Part shown: positions 22,001 through 28,000 of the stretch, piece by piece
How the letters are laid out: the number at the start of each line of letters is the position of its first letter
Position numbering within the stretch: position 1 is the stretch's first letter
Assembly (NCBI GenBank): GCA_002308215.1
Contig: DBVO01000023.1
Span: forward strand, 40,754 to 73,309
Length of the DNA: 32,556 nt
Source: Christensenella sp. UBA1262
GTDB taxonomy: Bacteria; Bacillota; Clostridia; Christensenellales; CAG-917
Reading direction: 5' to 3'
Program-made: the position numbers and the translations under genes
The notes under the pieces: generated by a model
The model's input: only the letters and a program-made list of their open reading frames with translations
Database searches by the model: none
Told to the model about the DNA's origin: nothing

Positions 22001-25000
22001 TATGTTCCATATTATAGTGGCATGGGCACTGTTGCGAATACCAACCGCTTCGTATCATTGCATATCGAGCTCAACCATAGAGCATACAATGAATTGTTAC
22101 TCTTCGTTTATACACTTGTTCTTAACTTGTTTAAGGATAAGATCGATGATGGCGATATAAACGGTGGTTATAAGTACTTCGTTAATAATGGTTCATTAGA
22201 GAGCACATCATGCGCTGGCGTATTGGATGGTCTTAACACAAGATATAAGACATATGTTAATAACCCAACTGATGCTAACTTTAATGCAATGGTCACATAC
22301 ATGAAGAATTACATCAGTGGTATTCCATACACACTTGAACACTTCTTGATGCAATGTGTCGTTATGCCAGCTATTAACATGAACTTGTATGGTGCAATTG
22401 ACTTGGTTGAATGGGCAGAACATGCGCTTCAAAATATCGCATCACTTATTGGTACACTCTTGCCAATCCCATTCTCAGAAGGAACATATAATCCAAATAT
22501 TAACCTCTACATTGACTTGAACCCAACTGCAGCAGATTATGGCCGCAGCGGTAAAACAATGTTGCCAGGTATTCAAGCAATTGAAATCATGGTCAACTGC
22601 AAGAAGAATGGTACTGGTACAGGTATGACAACAGGTACAAACTATTGGTTCTTGCGTATCAATCCACTTAGCGCTGAAGATTCATCAATCAAGACTGGTA
22701 TGCTTGCATTTAATGAATCTGCAGAAGCTGCTGAAACTGATATTAACCTTGGTGATGCATATATCACAATTACAGATCCAGCAACAAGAGAAGGTACACT
22801 TACTGCAAGTGGTAGCACAAAGAGCATTGAGCTCAGAGACGCGTACTTAACAGATAAGAACTACTTCCCACAATATGCGGATGTCACATTCTTGCAGAAA
22901 GATGGAGGCAACTACTTACATTCCTACAAAGAAGGTAGTTATAAAGCATCTCGTGGTACGAGAATCGTTTGGGATGCTTCATCAGTTGACCTAACACCTC
23001 CATCAGCAGAATCAAGTGAGACAAGAAGACTTGCTGGTTATGTATATGGTTATGCTCTCAACACAGTCATGTATGCAATTCCAGTCTACGTGACAGATGG
23101 TAGAACAGTTACAGACGTTAAGTCTTATACATACGATAGTGCTTCTGGTAGCTGGAAAGCTAAGAAGATTAAAGTTGATATTAACGAAAATGCAAAGATC
23201 TTCGGCAATCAATTGCCAGACTTAGTACAACTCGTATTCAATGATGGCGCTAAGATCTTCGGCACAGTCCAAGGCGGATCAGCACTCATTGGTACGAATA
23301 TTAATATCAATAATGTAACAAATAATACATTTGAGTCTACTAAGACCGAAACAGGTGTTAAGGTTTACACAACTGTTCCTGCATACACTGCAGCTCTTGT
23401 AAAGAATCCAGATGGAACATACTTCAAGTACTCACCAACAGATGACCCAGGTGAATATTATGTTGTAGATCGCAGCTTGTTGCCACCATCATCCAACTAT
23501 CCAGCTGGTATCATTACTTGGGATACAAGCAATTATAAATATGATTGGAAGGGTGCAACAGATAAATCTGGCAAACTCGAAATCAGTTATACATATCAAT
23601 GGGGCTTCAGTGCAACATGTAAGGGAACAATTGAAATTGACACAGTCAATTATGAGATTGAGACACTTAATAAGTTCTCATTCGTAAATGGATCATCTAT
23701 CAAGTCGCTTGATAATCTTGATGCATTTGCTTTAACAGCAGATCAATCAGATCTTGAGGCATACATCAACAACATTAAGACTGTAAGCGGTACAACAACA
23801 GGCAATGGCAAGATCACAAACATGAGCGTTAAGTGGGATCTCACAAATCTCAGAAAGGCAATTGCAGATCTTGGCAAAGATGCAGATAATCATACCAATT
23901 ATTACAAAGGTCTCGATGTAGAAGTAACAGCATATGTTGGCGGCGATGTATTTAAGGTCATCTCCGTAAAAACTGATGCAGAAGATGGCGGACTCCTTGG
24001 CGGCGGCAGCAGCGCAAATGAATATGGATTTGTAGGTAAAGGTTCAACAGATCCAAATTATGCAACAGCAGGCCATATTGCTCAAGCTTTCAAAGTTAGA
24101 GTAAAAGTTAAACCATACACATATGATAGTATCCCTGCAAAGGGCGCATTGGTATTTGATCCATATTCAGCAGAGCAAATCAGCGGTGCATCATTCTCAG
24201 TTGAGCGTCAAATCAACTTTAGAAATGGTACAAGAACTGCAACTCCAAAGAGTATGAATGAAAACCTCCTTTCAATTGATGCTCCATACTTCTATGTTGG
24301 TGGTGAATACATCAACGCATATGGCAATGGCCTTAAGATTGGTGATATTACTTATAACGGATATAGTGGCTCAAGACTTTATGCAAAACTTACAATAGGT
24401 ACAGCATACAGCGGCAAACAAGTTGTATATGCACCAATCACAATTAATGCATTGAAGCAACAAGTTACACCATTAAGAGTTGGACATGAAGATGTATTTA
24501 ATCCAGAGTGGTATAGCAATGTATCTGTAATCGAAAATGTCTCATTCGGCAGTGGTATCGTTCACGATATGGTGCCAGATTGGACAACAATTAAATACTT
24601 CAAAGAACAAAATGCAAAGACTCCACTTGCTAATATCTATGCAGGCGGCACAGTTTTTGCACAAGTCAAAGCATACGTAAAAGATGGCAATACAAATATT
24701 GGATGCCCGAAGGATAAAGATGGAAATGATATTCCACAAACTATTACTCTTAAACTTACTGTTGAACAACAGAAGATAACAAATGTTAAATTCTTCTATA
24801 ACAATGGTTTGCAAGGTGGCAGAGATATTTATAGCACTAAGGACGGAGCACCTCTTGTTTCAACACTTAGCGAGTCAGTCCTTAAGAACCCAGATAACTA
24901 TGTCGGTACAGTCTATGCACAAACCCATATGGTTAACATGACTGCATATGGTATTGATCCACTCAACTACGTATTGCATCCAGAAGATTACTTCAAGATT

Positions 25001-28000
25001 GGTGATTGGGGCGATGTTGTAAATGGTACAGCAGTTCTCGTTGAACTTGAGAGTGGTGATCCTTATATTGGATACTTGCAAGATGTTGTAATCGCGATTA
25101 GAGATAAGGTTGAAGGTATTGAAACAACAATCTATGGTACAATCGGCGGACAAAATGTTAAACTTGCAGTTCATATGCCAAACTACACATTCACAGGTGT
25201 TACAGCACTTGATGGTAGCTCAACGCTTTCATTAAGAGGTGGCGATCCAAATCCAACATCACTTGCATTTAACTATAGTGCACTTGATGCATGGAGATTG
25301 CCAGAATTTGCAAGATTCACAACAGTAACTGGCCCAGATGGCGGTGTTGTTGCAAATATCACATGGCTTAATGAAACATCACCATCCATTGAAGAACTCA
25401 ATGAACATGTTGACGCAGGCGATCACTATGTAATTAGAGAGTATCGCTTCTTCGATGGCACGAAGTATCAAACAGATATTTATCAAGCAAGAATCTACGT
25501 TACAAATTATGACAAGAACGCAGATAGCATTATACTCAATGGTTTGAACACAGTTTATACACCATTCACAGAGTATAGCTTGCCAACAACAGCAACAGTT
25601 ACATATTCTGGTGGTACAGCAGAAGAAGTCCCAGTAATTTGGAATGATTACAGCACTCCATCCGAAGAAGAAATCAACGCAGGAGCATTTACAAGAAAGG
25701 TCTTCGTTGGTGGTAATATGAGAGCAGCTGGTTGGTCACAAGATATAATCTTCACAGTAGACAAGCAATTTGAATTTAAGTCAGCTGAAGGATTCATAAC
25801 AAATGGTTCTAATATTAGTTATGTACTCTCAGCAGACAACTTCTTCGAAGGCTTGCCAAGATCTGGTAAGGTTGTTGTTGGTGGCGGAGAAGTTGCAGTT
25901 GAATACTTCTGGGATATCACTTATAATGCACAAGGCTACGAAGGGGAAGTCAATCTCTATGTAAAGAACGAATATCTTGAAATCGCTGTTCCAGTTGCAC
26001 TTACTGTTGAAGGAGCAACTATTGCAGGCTTCAAGAAGGATGATGGTAACAAGCTCAAGATAGACCATTATGGAGTTGAAAGCACATTCTTCAAGTCTGG
26101 AACAGAAGCAATGCTCATAAGCTCCACCGGTGAAGATGTTGAAGTTCTCGGAACTTATACATTGCCAGCAGACTTCTATTCCAATGCAGCTAAGTACTTC
26201 GGTAAAGTTTTGAATGTAACAGTTACATTCAGCTTCAACGGAGGAAGGGAAGATGTCTTAACAGAGACATTGACAGAGTCTGTATATGTAATAGATAGAT
26301 CTGCTAAGTACATCTCTGAATCTGCATTCCGTTCAGTAACGATTGACCCATTCTATGAGAACAGCATCGCACGTCTTGAAGAAGCAAATGAAAACGGTCT
26401 CCATATCACAGTATTTGCAGATGAAACTTCATTTAATGAGTTCGAAGCAGATGTTGATTGGTCAGGCGTTGCAAAACTCTTGAAGAATCAAGACAGCGAT
26501 TATCTGTATTCTGCTAAAGTAACAACAGTTGTAGATGGTGTACAAGTTGTACAAAGCGTGGTTATCCCAGTGACAATCATGAACCGTACAGTTGTTGACA
26601 CAGACTTCAACCCAGAAACAGAAGGCAAGGATTGGGAATTCTTGTATTCAGACACAAGTAAGTCTGCAACTACAACAGATACATATCGTAGCAACCATGG
26701 TGAATACTTCAATATTGTGTTCTCAACAAAGGCTGGTGAGTATCCAGAACAATTCATCTTTGAGAATCAATTCTCATATAGAGGATTAGCATGCTTGCCA
26801 TCACAAATTGAATTCACATTCGAAAATGATGAAGTTAGACATTATGCATTAACTTACGAGAATGTTCCAGGATTTGCTGAAGTATCTTTGAATTCTACAA
26901 CACGTCGTACAATTAAGCTCAACATTTGGAGCGGTGAAGAAGATGACGCAGCTGTAGAACCAGCAGGCGATGGCAGTGATGGAAGATTTATCTTCAATAC
27001 TCTTGAAGTAGAACTTGTTATCCGCCCAGTTCAGATTACAATTCAAAATTCTGATCTTGCATATAATGATTGGGATATAGAACATGTTTATGTACATGAC
27101 CTTAACCCATATGCATCGGAAGCAGATTCAGTATTTGGATCAAATTCTGGATTCCCAGATACAACAACATACTATGTAGGAGGTACATACATCAAACTCT
27201 CCAAGTGGACATCACAAGGTGACTTTGGCGACAGTACTAACACAGATTGGAAGCGTATCCACTCAATCTACTATGCTCTTGGTACATATAGCAATGCAGC
27301 AAGTGCATCTGCAATAGCAGCGGATGGCATGTGGTTATACGCAAAGGATGCTGTTGGTGATGGTTATCATATTGCATATGAATATGATTGGGAAACAGAA
27401 AGACTTGTAGTCAAAGAAGATGAGGCAACAAGCACTAAGTATTATGTAAACCCACTCAGATACAGATACAATTCAATCAATAGAACATACAAATTAGATG
27501 ATACAGTATCAGATGAAGATGCATATATCTTTGTGTATGTTGTAAAACAAACATTGGATGTTGAGTGGGATCACACTGGCGTTGCATATACTTATAAGGG
27601 TGGTGTTGTTTATACATCAGCTAAGGTCTCAACGTCAGATCAAGATAACAAGACAGAAGCTACAGTTAAGGTACCAATCCATATTGCAAATGCTAAGGTT
27701 CAAAGTATAGATTTCGCTGCGCATACTAGTGGCACAACAGGGCGCTTCTATAGAGCAGTGGGCAACTACTTTGAGATCTATCCATATGATTCAGTTGTAA
27801 ATGGCAATTTCTTCGAGAGAGTTGGCGGTTACGATGTCAGCATGCGTTATGCAAAGAAAGATGATGGCACGTTTGAACTCGATGAAGAAGGCACATATAA
27901 GTATGTTGATGGTGAATATGTTGAACTTACCTACGCAGAACTCGGTAACTACAAGTACTTCCCAAGTGTAGGTACAATTACACTTACAGATGGAACAACA

